28,394 nucleotides of DNA, taken from the NCBI GenBank assembly GCA_045863335.1, contig BTVY01000065.1, positions 1 to 28,394 of the forward strand. The letters run 5' to 3'. Source of the DNA: Candidatus Hydrogenedentota bacterium. GTDB taxonomy: Bacteria > Hydrogenedentota > Hydrogenedentia > Hydrogenedentales > SLHB01. Under the pieces are notes generated by a model that made no database searches, was not told where the DNA came from, and saw nothing but the letters and a program-made list of their open reading frames with translations. Of the stretch, positions 18,136 to 25,741 are shown piece by piece; position 1 is the first letter of the stretch, and the number at the start of each line of letters is the position of its first letter. A program made the translations under genes and the position numbers.

Positions 18136-19281
18136 TTAGCCTTTAGGCTCTCCAAACGCTTCCAACGTCATTTCGCGATCCGTCGCCCAGGCGACCTGGG
18201 CGCGGTAGTTGGCGTCGGCGAGGGGGTTGTTCAACGCCGAAATCTCGCCGTAGATGCCGACGAACTCGAAGCCGAGTTCGTGGAGGCCGGGGAAGACGCG
18301 GGCGATCTCGGGCACGAAATCCTGGTCGGCGGTGCCGGTGGAGCTGTTGAACCAGTGGAGGTAGCCGTAGCGCCGGTGCTCGGGAGTGCCCGCGAACTCT
18401 TGGGGAAATCCGTCGCGACGCACCATGTGGCGCAACGTGTATTGCCAGACCGTCTCCGGCGGCACGGCGCCTACGTAAGGCATCTCCGGGAAGTTGGCGA
18501 TCTGGTGATAGCCGCGGTAGGTGCTGTTGATGAAGACGCCGTCCGGTTTCAGCTCGAAGGCGCGCCGGAGCACGTCCTGCGTCGCCACGACCACGTCCTG
18601 GATGTTCCCGTCGCCTGCAAAGCCTAATGCGGTGCGCGCGGCCACCGCGCTCTCCGACGGATTCACGATAAAGTCACCCATCTCGTAGTCGATGCCGCCG
18701 ACCGCGAAGGTTTCGAGCATCCATTCCAAACCATCCCGCCACCACTCTTGGTTGGCCTTGAGCGAGGGATCGAGAACCGGCGTCACGGTGCGTTCGCTCC
18801 CTTCCTCGTTGGCCGTGCTCGCACGGTCCGGGTGTTTCGCAAGATACGTGTCGAGATTGAAGCGATGGTCGCCTTCGTAGTAGTAGCCGCCGTAGGAACA
18901 CAGCCCGACCCCGGGAAGGATCGCGACGCCCCGATCCGCGGCGTAGTTGCAGAGGTCCTTCGCAGCTTGCACACCGCCGTGGCTGTCGCGCAGGAATCCC
19001 CAGATGATGACGCCCCAGATCCCGTTTGCCGCGCAGTAGTCCACCAGCCGCCGGAACCCTGTCAAGTACGATTCCGGCCGCTTCGGATACGGGAAATGCT
19101 GCTCCGCCGCCGCCATCCGCATCACCACCGCGTCCGGTTCGTCATCCCAAGTCATCCGCGCGTCCCAACACCAGAGCAGAATCTTCATGTTGGAACTCTC
19201 CCGCGCAGGTTGCGCCTGCGCAATCCCACGCGCCGCAATCGCGCCAGCGCCAATACTCGTCAGGAACTGTCTGCGGTTCAT
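18136..19281 (-). CDS. Tat-exported hypothetical protein, possibly TIM-barrel glycoside-hydrolase-like
   Basis: AAGGAG RBS; MNRRQFL twin-arginine signal ending AQA; alternating beta/alpha pattern (LVDYCAANGIWGVIIWG, GGIDYEMGD). Confidence 0.8.
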   Translation of the reverse strand: MNRRQFLTSIGAGAIAARGIAQAQPARESSNMKILLWCWDARMTWDDEPDAVVMRMAAAEQHFPYPKRPESYLTGFRRLVDYCAANGIWGVIIWGFLRDSHGGVQAAKDLCNYAADRGVAILPGVGLCSYGGYYYEGDHRFNLDTYLAKHPDRASTANEEGSERTVTPVLDPSLKANQEWWRDGLEWMLETFAVGGIDYEMGDFIVNPSESAVAARTALGFAGDGNIQDVVVATQDVLRRAFELKPDGVFINSTYRGYHQIANFPEMPYVGAVPPETVWQYTLRHMVRRDGFPQEFAGTPEHRRYGYLHWFNSSTGTADQDFVPEIARVFPGLHELGFEFVGIYGEISALNNPLADANYRAQVAWATDREMTLEAFGEPKG

Positions 19282-19450
19282 TCGTTGCGTCTCCTTGCTT
19301 CGCCCGATGCCAGCGTACCGCGCCGCCCGACGCAGAGCAATCAACGAGTGGAAGACGGCAATTTTGAAGGGCACTTGAGGTGACTAGGACGATAAGGGCC
19401 GAACCAAGGTTGTTCGAAACCCTAGCTCTGCGCACTTAAGTGGACAGACA

Positions 19451-19828
19451 CTATGAATCGCCGCTGATTGGAAGGGAGCGAACGCGAATCCGTGATTCGT
19501 CAAACACGACGACACACCCCATCGCGAGGGGTTCTTCAATCGCATCCAAGTTAGCTAACAATATGGCGGCTTGCTGCCTAGCCTGCCGGTTCACCCCGCG
19601 ACGGTAAAGAATCACGGATGGTTTGGTTTCGCTTCGCAAGGCGAGCAACGTACCAAAATCGGTGTCTGCGGATATGAGTATGCGTTCTTCCTGTGCTGCC
19701 CTGGCAAAAATGGTATCGTCGTCTGCATCGCTTAGTTCCAAGTCCCGCACGTGCACTGCGTCGTGTCCATACGCTCGTAGTCTATTCGCGACTTCCGGAG
19801 ACAAGGCATTGTCGATGAGGAATCTCAC
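19451..19828 (-). CDS. DUF5615 family PIN-like toxin (VapC45-like)
   Basis: [37 protein letters not shown]; 4-nt overlap with the DUF433 gene. Confidence 0.9.
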   Translation of the reverse strand: MRFLIDNALSPEVANRLRAYGHDAVHVRDLELSDADDDTIFARAAQEERILISADTDFGTLLALRSETKPSVILYRRGVNRQARQQAAILLANLDAIEEPLAMGCVVVFDESRIRVRSLPISGDS

Positions 19829-20052
19829 GGAATGGACAGGGGAAGTTCGCGTTCACGGACGGTTTCGGCCGCGTATCTCAAGGCTTCCTGGATATCCTCT
19901 GTCACAAGATCGGGATAGTCGCTAAGGATTTCAGCATCCGTCATTCGGTCTGCGACCATCCCGACGACCGTCGCTACAGGTATGCGGAGACCCCGTATGC
20001 ACGGGACGCCGCCCATTTGCTTGGGATCGACCGTGATTCTGGCGAACTTCAT
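19825..20052 (-). CDS. DUF433 family antitoxin (VapB45-like)
   Basis: [22 protein letters not shown]...[20 protein letters not shown]; GGGAG RBS; TG-n-TATAAT at 20111-20103 on the minus strand. Confidence 0.92.
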   Translation of the reverse strand: MKFARITVDPKQMGGVPCIRGLRIPVATVVGMVADRMTDAEILSDYPDLVTEDIQEALRYAAETVRERELPLSIP

Positions 20053-20191
20053 GACGCGTCACTCCCTTTTACCGGACCTAGTCCGTTCTTGACGACCTCC
20101 GTATTATACCATTGCTTCTCTTCCAATGAGGCGTTAAGTGATATGCTGATACTCGGCCGGAGGGCAAGCTATATGGTTAAAGGAAACCGCC

Positions 20192-20422
20192 ATGAACTGG
20201 GAAGACAGAATCATTATCGATCCGAACATTCTCGTCGGCAAACCGGTAGTTCGAGGGACTCGGCTTTCGGTTGAGTTCATAGTCAGCCTCCTCGCCGAAG
20301 GGTGGACGGAGCACCAGATTCTCGAGAACTATCCAGGGCTTACCCATGACGATATCATCGCCTGTCTACGTTACGCGAGCGATGTGTTGAAATCTGAGAA
20401 GGTGTACCTCGTCTACCCTTGA
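20192..20422 (+). CDS. Second DUF433 family antitoxin (orphan)
   Basis: RIIIDPNILVGKPVVRGTRLSVE...ILENYPGLTHDDIIACLRYA; AAGGA RBS. Confidence 0.9.
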   Translation: MNWEDRIIIDPNILVGKPVVRGTRLSVEFIVSLLAEGWTEHQILENYPGLTHDDIIACLRYASDVLKSEKVYLVYP

Positions 20423-20457
20423 GGTTTTTGCCAAACGAGAATTCATGTGCACGGTAG
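20419..20457 (+). pseudogene. Truncated N-terminus of a DUF5615 PIN toxin
   Basis: TTG overlapping the DUF433 stop (TTGA) reads MRFLPNENSCAR*, matching the family start MRFLAD/NEN. Confidence 0.7.
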
Positions 20458-20511
20458 TCGGGGCGTTTTGCGGATAACAATTAGCTTTGTTGAATTAGCA
20501 GGTATAAGACG

Positions 20512-20982
20512 ATGCGATTACCTCATATTCTGATTCCAACAGTATTCGTTGCACTGACTTTCGCTTTTGTGGCGAGGCTGGTCGAGTTCGCTGGTTTTAA
20601 CTTTGGTGGGTATACAGCAATACATTGGATTCTCGCTGCCGTGTTGTACTTCGCCGGTCTTCCGATCTATTGGCAGATTTGCAGGCGCTTGAATGTTCCT
20701 CCACTATTCGTTTTTGCTCCTGCCTGTCCCCATTGCGGCGAAAGACCATCTGGGTGGAAGCTGATTGACGCGTATGTGCCGGAGACGGCGCGTTTTCCGG
20801 AACGTCTCATTCTCGCCTGCGGTCAATGCAGCGAAAAGGTTGAGTTGTGGTTGCAGCGCAGAGTAGATCCTGAAGCGCGCGCGCAAGCGTTTCCCAGCTA
20901 TCGCCTGCGTTGGCCCGAATTTCTCGGCATCTGGTCGCGATTACCCGGTAAGCAGGATTCTGAGGAGTCAACTGCGTTATAA
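20512..20982 (+). CDS. Hypothetical membrane protein with zinc-ribbon (CxxC...CxxC)
   Basis: Two N-terminal TM helices, CPHC and CGQC; visibly lower GC than the flanking genes. Confidence 0.7.
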   Translation: MRLPHILIPTVFVALTFAFVARLVEFAGFNFGGYTAIHWILAAVLYFAGLPIYWQICRRLNVPPLFVFAPACPHCGERPSGWKLIDAYVPETARFPERLILACGQCSEKVELWLQRRVDPEARAQAFPSYRLRWPEFLGIWSRLPGKQDSEESTAL

Positions 20983-21060
20983 CCTCGGGATAGGTCGCAC
21001 ACAGACCTGCACCGACCTACAGGGACCGGTTCTCTCCGAAGAATTGCCCTTTCCTCTTCC

Positions 21061-21088
21061 TCCAGCCTCCGGTCTCCAGCCTCCCGCC
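21061..21088 (+). repeat. Four tandem heptamers TCCnGyC
   Basis: TCCAGCC TCCGGTC TCCAGCC TCCCGCC just upstream of wzm. Confidence 0.6.
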
Positions 21089-21130
21089 TGTATAGACTCC
21101 GCCCCACCGCCATTGTTACCATTCGGCAGC

Positions 21131-22000
21131 ATGAGTCACGCCACGTACAGCAGCGCGCAGCAATGGGGGGTGGACCGGGTCGTTCCGGATCTGATCCGCA
21201 GCCGGGGGTTGTTATGGGACCTGGTATGGAAGGATTTGCGGGCGCGGTACCGCAACACGATCATGGGATTCGTGTGGGCCGTGTTGCAGCCCTTGATGCT
21301 CATGCTGATCCTCACCTTCGTGTTCAGCGTCATCTTCCCCGGCAAGGTCGAAGGGGTCGACGGCGGCAGCGATCACCCGTTTCATGTGACCCTGTTGTGC
21401 GGACTCATCTTCTGGCAGTTCTTCGCGACGAGCCTCGGCCGCTGCACGAACTCCCTGCTCGACAACCATGACCTCGTGAAGAAGGTCTATTTCCCCCGCG
21501 AAGTGGTGCCGATTGCGGCCATGGGCAACGCGGTCGTGAACCTGCTCATCGGATTCGTGGTGCTTCTTATCATTCATCTGCTCGCGGGAGGTTCGCTGGG
21601 ACTCGGAATCGTCTGGCTGCCGATCGTCTTCGCCGTTCAGTTCACCTTGGTCCTCGGACTGGCTCTTCTGTGCTCCTCGCTGAACGTCTATTACCGCGAC
21701 GTGGCGTACATGGTCGACGTGGTGCTGACCCTTGGCTTCTACGCAACGCCGCTGTTTTATCCCCTCGCCTTCGTGCGGGACTGGGCGGCGGGCGTCGGCT
21801 CCTACGGCCAACCGTTGCTCACGTTGTACATGATGAATCCCATGGTCGGGTTTGTGGAAGCGTACCGCCAGTGCATTCTCGACGGCGTCATGCCGGACCT
21901 CGCGCTTCTGGCGTGGCCGGCGATTTGTGCGGCCGTGTTCCTCATAGCCGGCGCGGTCGTGTTCCGGCGCAACGCGCCCGTGCTCGCGGATTACCTCTGA
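21131..22000 (+). CDS. wzm: ABC-2 polysaccharide export permease
   Basis: KDLRARYRNTIMGFVWAVLQPL, LVKKVYFPRE, YYRDV, FYATPLFYP, NPM...EAYR; six TM helices. Confidence 0.93.
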   Translation: MSHATYSSAQQWGVDRVVPDLIRSRGLLWDLVWKDLRARYRNTIMGFVWAVLQPLMLMLILTFVFSVIFPGKVEGVDGGSDHPFHVTLLCGLIFWQFFATSLGRCTNSLLDNHDLVKKVYFPREVVPIAAMGNAVVNLLIGFVVLLIIHLLAGGSLGLGIVWLPIVFAVQFTLVLGLALLCSSLNVYYRDVAYMVDVVLTLGFYATPLFYPLAFVRDWAAGVGSYGQPLLTLYMMNPMVGFVEAYRQCILDGVMPDLALLAWPAICAAVFLIAGAVVFRRNAPVLADYL

Positions 22001-24072
22001 TGGCGCTCATCGAACTCGAAGGGGTCGGCAAGTCCTTCACGACGCAGCGCGGCCGCGGCATGCTCGTCGGACGCGGCGGCGTGGCGGACTGGATTCGCGG
22101 CAAGCGCGCCCATACCTTCGATGCTCTGCGCGACATTACGTTCTCCGTCGAACGCGGCGAGTCCGTAGGCATCATCGGCGCGAACGGTTCGGGCAAGAGC
22201 ACCCTGCTGAAGATTCTCGCGGGCGTTACGGCCCCCACACGGGGCGTCGTCCATGTAAACGGCAAGGTGGCATCCCTGCTCGAACTGGGCGCGGGATTTC
22301 ACCCCCTGCTCACGGGACGTGAGAACGTCTATCTTAACGGCCGAATCCTCGGCATGACGCCCGCCGACGTGGATCGCGAGTTCGACCGCATCGTCGAATT
22401 CTCCGGGATTGAGGCCTTTATCGACCATCCCGTGGAGACCTACTCCAGCGGCATGTTCGTACGCCTCGGGTTCGCAGTCGCCGTCCATGCGAATCCCGAT
22501 ATCTTCCTCGTCGATGAAGTGCTCTCCGTCGGCGACGAAGACTTTCAGCGCCGCTGCCGCGAGCGGATCGGCCAACTCCGCGAAGAGGGCAAGACCATTG
22601 TCTTCGTGTCCCACGACCTCAGCATCGTGAACACCTTGTGCGAACGCGTGATTCTCCTCAGCGAGGGGACCATGGTCGTCCGCGATTCGGCGCAGGCGAC
22701 CATCGACTATTACCTCCGGCTCGTTGGCCGCAAAAAGGGCATCCATAAGATCGCCGCCGGGACGAACGAAGCCATCGTGAGCCACGGCCGCCTGTCCGTC
22801 TACCACGATCAGCGCGAGGCCAGCGCCGCGACCGGGTTCCAGGTGCACCTGTTGAGCATGGGCGAGGTCCATGCTTCGACCAGCGCCGACTGGGATGTAA
22901 CGGAGCGTCACGGGGACCGATGCACCGCCCGCGGCAAAATGCCCAAACTACCGGTCACGCAAGTCTGGAGCTTACGCTACGAGGACGGAAAGCTAATCTG
23001 GGACATCGCCCTCGACGTCGAACGGGCCGTCCGGCTGAACGGAATCGATGCGAACCTTTTCCTGCCAACGGGTTATACGAACTGGTATTACGGCGAAGAA
23101 CAGGACGTCTTCTCTGCAATCGCGCCGGGCCAGACCCAGTTCATCGCCATGCACCAGCCGGACAGCCAGGTTCGCGACGCCGCCACGTCCGCTTCCGAAG
23201 ATTCGGGGCTTCCGTCGCTTCTGGTTCACGTGGACACCGCGTGGGACAACTTGCGCCTTCAATGGGTAAATACAGACTATGTAATGGGTTGCCGGGCGCT
23301 GCAAGCAGGAGGAATCCTACCCCCTGATGAAGCCGAATTCCTGCCGGGGTCGTATCCGTTAATGTCTATCGCGCTCGACCTTGGAGTTTCGCTCGACCAG
23401 ATAGAAAGCCTCGCGAACACCTATCGCAACATGAGAACTTTGCAGTCGGGCCGGCTTACCGCACGATTCGATAACGGGACCGTCCGCCTCTGGTGGGATG
23501 AGCAGGAACTGACCAGGGCCGTAAACATATATAACTCGATTTACATAAATGATTTCTGGAACAACAGCCAATCGCTCCATTGGGAATCCATTGCTTCGCA
23601 AGGCGGACGGCTAAGGGTTTCCGGGCGGTCTCGCCGCTTCCCGTACAGGCAGGATTGGGAGGTGGCCATGGACGACGAAGGTATCGTCGTCCAGATGTGG
23701 CTGGTTGCCGAAGAACCGTTGGAAATTCAAGAGTATCAGGCATCTGTGGGGTTGCATTGTGACTACGACCGTTGGGAGACTCCCCACGAATCGGGGGCCT
23801 TCCCCCCTATTGAGAAGAATGACACGGACTGGCGTCATGCCAACCACGACTATACGCCCGGCACGTGGGCGAAAGCCTACGCTCCATCCTTACCGGGTGT
23901 GGCATTGGAAGTTATGGCCGATATCCCCTTCCGCATGACCGCCATCAACACGGAGTACAATCAGCCGGCCCGCGTGCTTCAGGCACTCCGCACGGCCGAG
24001 GCGGCGCGCATCCGCCTGGTACCCGGCAAGCACCTCCTCTTCTCCGGCCGGATACGCGTGTTGGAAAGCTGA
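22000..24072 (+). CDS. wzt: ABC polysaccharide export ATPase with a long (~440 aa) duplicated C-terminal domain
   Basis: TGATG coupling to wzm; GANGSGKS, LELGAGFHP, YSSGM, VDEVLSVGD, VSHD. Confidence 0.92.
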   Translation: MALIELEGVGKSFTTQRGRGMLVGRGGVADWIRGKRAHTFDALRDITFSVERGESVGIIGANGSGKSTLLKILAGVTAPTRGVVHVNGKVASLLELGAGFHPLLTGRENVYLNGRILGMTPADVDREFDRIVEFSGIEAFIDHPVETYSSGMFVRLGFAVAVHANPDIFLVDEVLSVGDEDFQRRCRERIGQLREEGKTIVFVSHDLSIVNTLCERVILLSEGTMVVRDSAQATIDYYLRLVGRKKGIHKIAAGTNEAIVSHGRLSVYHDQREASAATGFQVHLLSMGEVHASTSADWDVTERHGDRCTARGKMPKLPVTQVWSLRYEDGKLIWDIALDVERAVRLNGIDANLFLPTGYTNWYYGEEQDVFSAIAPGQTQFIAMHQPDSQVRDAATSASEDSGLPSLLVHVDTAWDNLRLQWVNTDYVMGCRALQAGGILPPDEAEFLPGSYPLMSIALDLGVSLDQIESLANTYRNMRTLQSGRLTARFDNGTVRLWWDEQELTRAVNIYNSIYINDFWNNSQSLHWESIASQGGRLRVSGRSRRFPYRQDWEVAMDDEGIVVQMWLVAEEPLEIQEYQASVGLHCDYDRWETPHESGAFPPIEKNDTDWRHANHDYTPGTWAKAYAPSLPGVALEVMADIPFRMTAINTEYNQPARVLQALRTAEAARIRLVPGKHLLFSGRIRVLES

Positions 24073-24213
24073 TTGCCGGAACAACTTGCAGCTCCAGCGT
24101 GTTGCTCATTTGGGTCGGGGTATGGTGCCGGAATATTAGCGTTCACACACGGGTCTTTTCATGGTATAGTCGTAAGACACCCTGAAAACGGAATGAAAAT
24201 CGGAGAGTTCTCC

Positions 24214-25533
24214 ATGTCGACTGAGTTTGCCGAAGTAGCGAGTCCCGAGATTGTTAAGGTGGTTCCCCGGGGAGCCAATGGCACGGAGCTGAAGAAGACG
24301 AAGAAGCGGGTGCTCACGAAGCGCGCGGTCATGTGGCTGGGCCAGACCTGCAACCTGCGCTGCTACTTCTGCTACTTCCTCAACCGGATCGACGACGCCC
24401 ATCATCCCGAACACCCCTTCATGGACATCGACAAGGCGAAGCAGATGTGCACGACCTTGCGCGAGTTCTACGGGTGCACCTCGATCGACATTCAGGGCGG
24501 CGAACCGACCATTTACCCGCACATCCTCGAACTGATCTCGCACTGCCGCGACATCGGTTTGTATCCCACACTCATTACGAACGGCCTTCACCTCGCGAAA
24601 CCGGGCAACCTGGAAAAATTCCGCGACGCAGGCGTGCGCGATTTCCTGTGCAGCCTCCACGGCATCGGCGATATCCACGACGAAGTCGTGTGCAAGAAGG
24701 GCGCGTACGTCAAGATCATCGCGGCCATCGAGCGCATGAAAGAACTCGGCGTGCCGTTCCGGTTCAACTGCACCATGTCCAAGCCCGTCGTGCCGATCCT
24801 GCCGGACATCGCGCAAAAGGCCATTGACTACGGCGCGAACGCGGTGAACTACCTCGCCTTCAATCCCTTTGAAGATCAGGAGACCGGTATCCGCACGCAC
24901 GACAACGTGGCCAAGTACACTGACATCAAACCGATGTTGACGAAGGCCATGGACATGCTCGAAGAAGCGGGCATCGAATGCAACGTGCGCTACCTGCCGC
25001 TCTGCATGGCCGAGGAACGGCATCGCAAGAACTTCTACAATTTCCAGCAGCTCTCCTACGACCACCACGAGTGGGACTACCAGAGCTGGATGTGGACAGG
25101 CCTCCAGCCGGAGCGCATGAAAGAAGGCGGACTCGTGCCGGCCTTCCGCATGGGCGTCCGCGACCGGCAGATCATGGGCCACGCCCATAAGGTCCGCGAC
25201 TTCTATATCGAGAAGCCGGTGCTTGCGAAGTTCGTCTTCGGCGCGCAGCACGTGGTCGCCCGCATCGAACAGGCCGTGCGCGGCGCGGACGAGATGTACC
25301 GCGAAGAGGCGATGATCCGCGCCAAGTACGACGCCGGCTACCGCTACCACGAAGCTTGCGAACAGTGCGCCTGTCGCACCATCTGCGACGGTTTCCACGG
25401 CGACTACGCCGACCTTTTCGGCACCGGCGAAGCCGAGCCCATCACCAACATTCCCAAGACCGACGACCCCCTCTATTACATCAAGAATCAGGATAAAGTG
25501 GTCGAACCCGAAGACGAAGCCTGGGCGCTGTAG
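24214..25533 (+). CDS. Radical SAM enzyme with C-terminal Cys cluster (SPASM/twitch-like)
   Basis: CNLRCYFC, QGGEPT, ITNG, SLHG, YLPLC, CEQCACRTICDG; GGAG RBS before ATG 24214. Confidence 0.9.
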   Translation: MSTEFAEVASPEIVKVVPRGANGTELKKTKKRVLTKRAVMWLGQTCNLRCYFCYFLNRIDDAHHPEHPFMDIDKAKQMCTTLREFYGCTSIDIQGGEPTIYPHILELISHCRDIGLYPTLITNGLHLAKPGNLEKFRDAGVRDFLCSLHGIGDIHDEVVCKKGAYVKIIAAIERMKELGVPFRFNCTMSKPVVPILPDIAQKAIDYGANAVNYLAFNPFEDQETGIRTHDNVAKYTDIKPMLTKAMDMLEEAGIECNVRYLPLCMAEERHRKNFYNFQQLSYDHHEWDYQSWMWTGLQPERMKEGGLVPAFRMGVRDRQIMGHAHKVRDFYIEKPVLAKFVFGAQHVVARIEQAVRGADEMYREEAMIRAKYDAGYRYHEACEQCACRTICDGFHGDYADLFGTGEAEPITNIPKTDDPLYYIKNQDKVVEPEDEAWAL

Positions 25534-25565
25534 TTCCCCAGACCTTGCATTCAAGAGTCCCTGTT

Positions 25566-25605
25566 CACCGGGCGGCGCAATGACGCGCCGCCCGGTGCTT
25601 TTGTT
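25566..25605 (+). terminator. Rho-independent terminator
   Basis: Perfect 13-bp stem CACCGGGCGGCGC-aatgac-GCGCCGCCCGGTG followed by CTTTTGTT. Confidence 0.85.
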
Positions 25606-25741
25606 GGCGACTCCTTACGGACGGCAAATCGCGCGCCGATATGGTGTATGCTCTTGCGTGGGGCGCTGAGGGCATTGCCAGACTTCCGCAGAATACCCGT
25701 TTGAATCATACGTGGGTCACGGGCATGGGAGGAGGGGAACC

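Noticed and set aside
17871-18155. 94-aa minus-strand ORF as further rtcA remnant or a real gene
   Set aside because: Only vague resemblance to RtcA, and it overlaps the neighbouring gene's end; not supportable without an alignment.
20470-20482. GCGGATAACAATT, identical to the right part of the lac operator
   Set aside because: The left half (AATTGTGA) is absent and there is no vector sequence; better explained as chance or as part of the dif-like site.
21670-21999. 110-aa N-terminal extension of Wzt
   Set aside because: It overlaps wzm; the TGATG-coupled ATG at 22000 gives a canonical Wzt start.
24136-25554. 472-aa antisense ORF over the radical SAM gene
   Set aside because: Shadow frame produced by strong codon bias; no motifs of its own.
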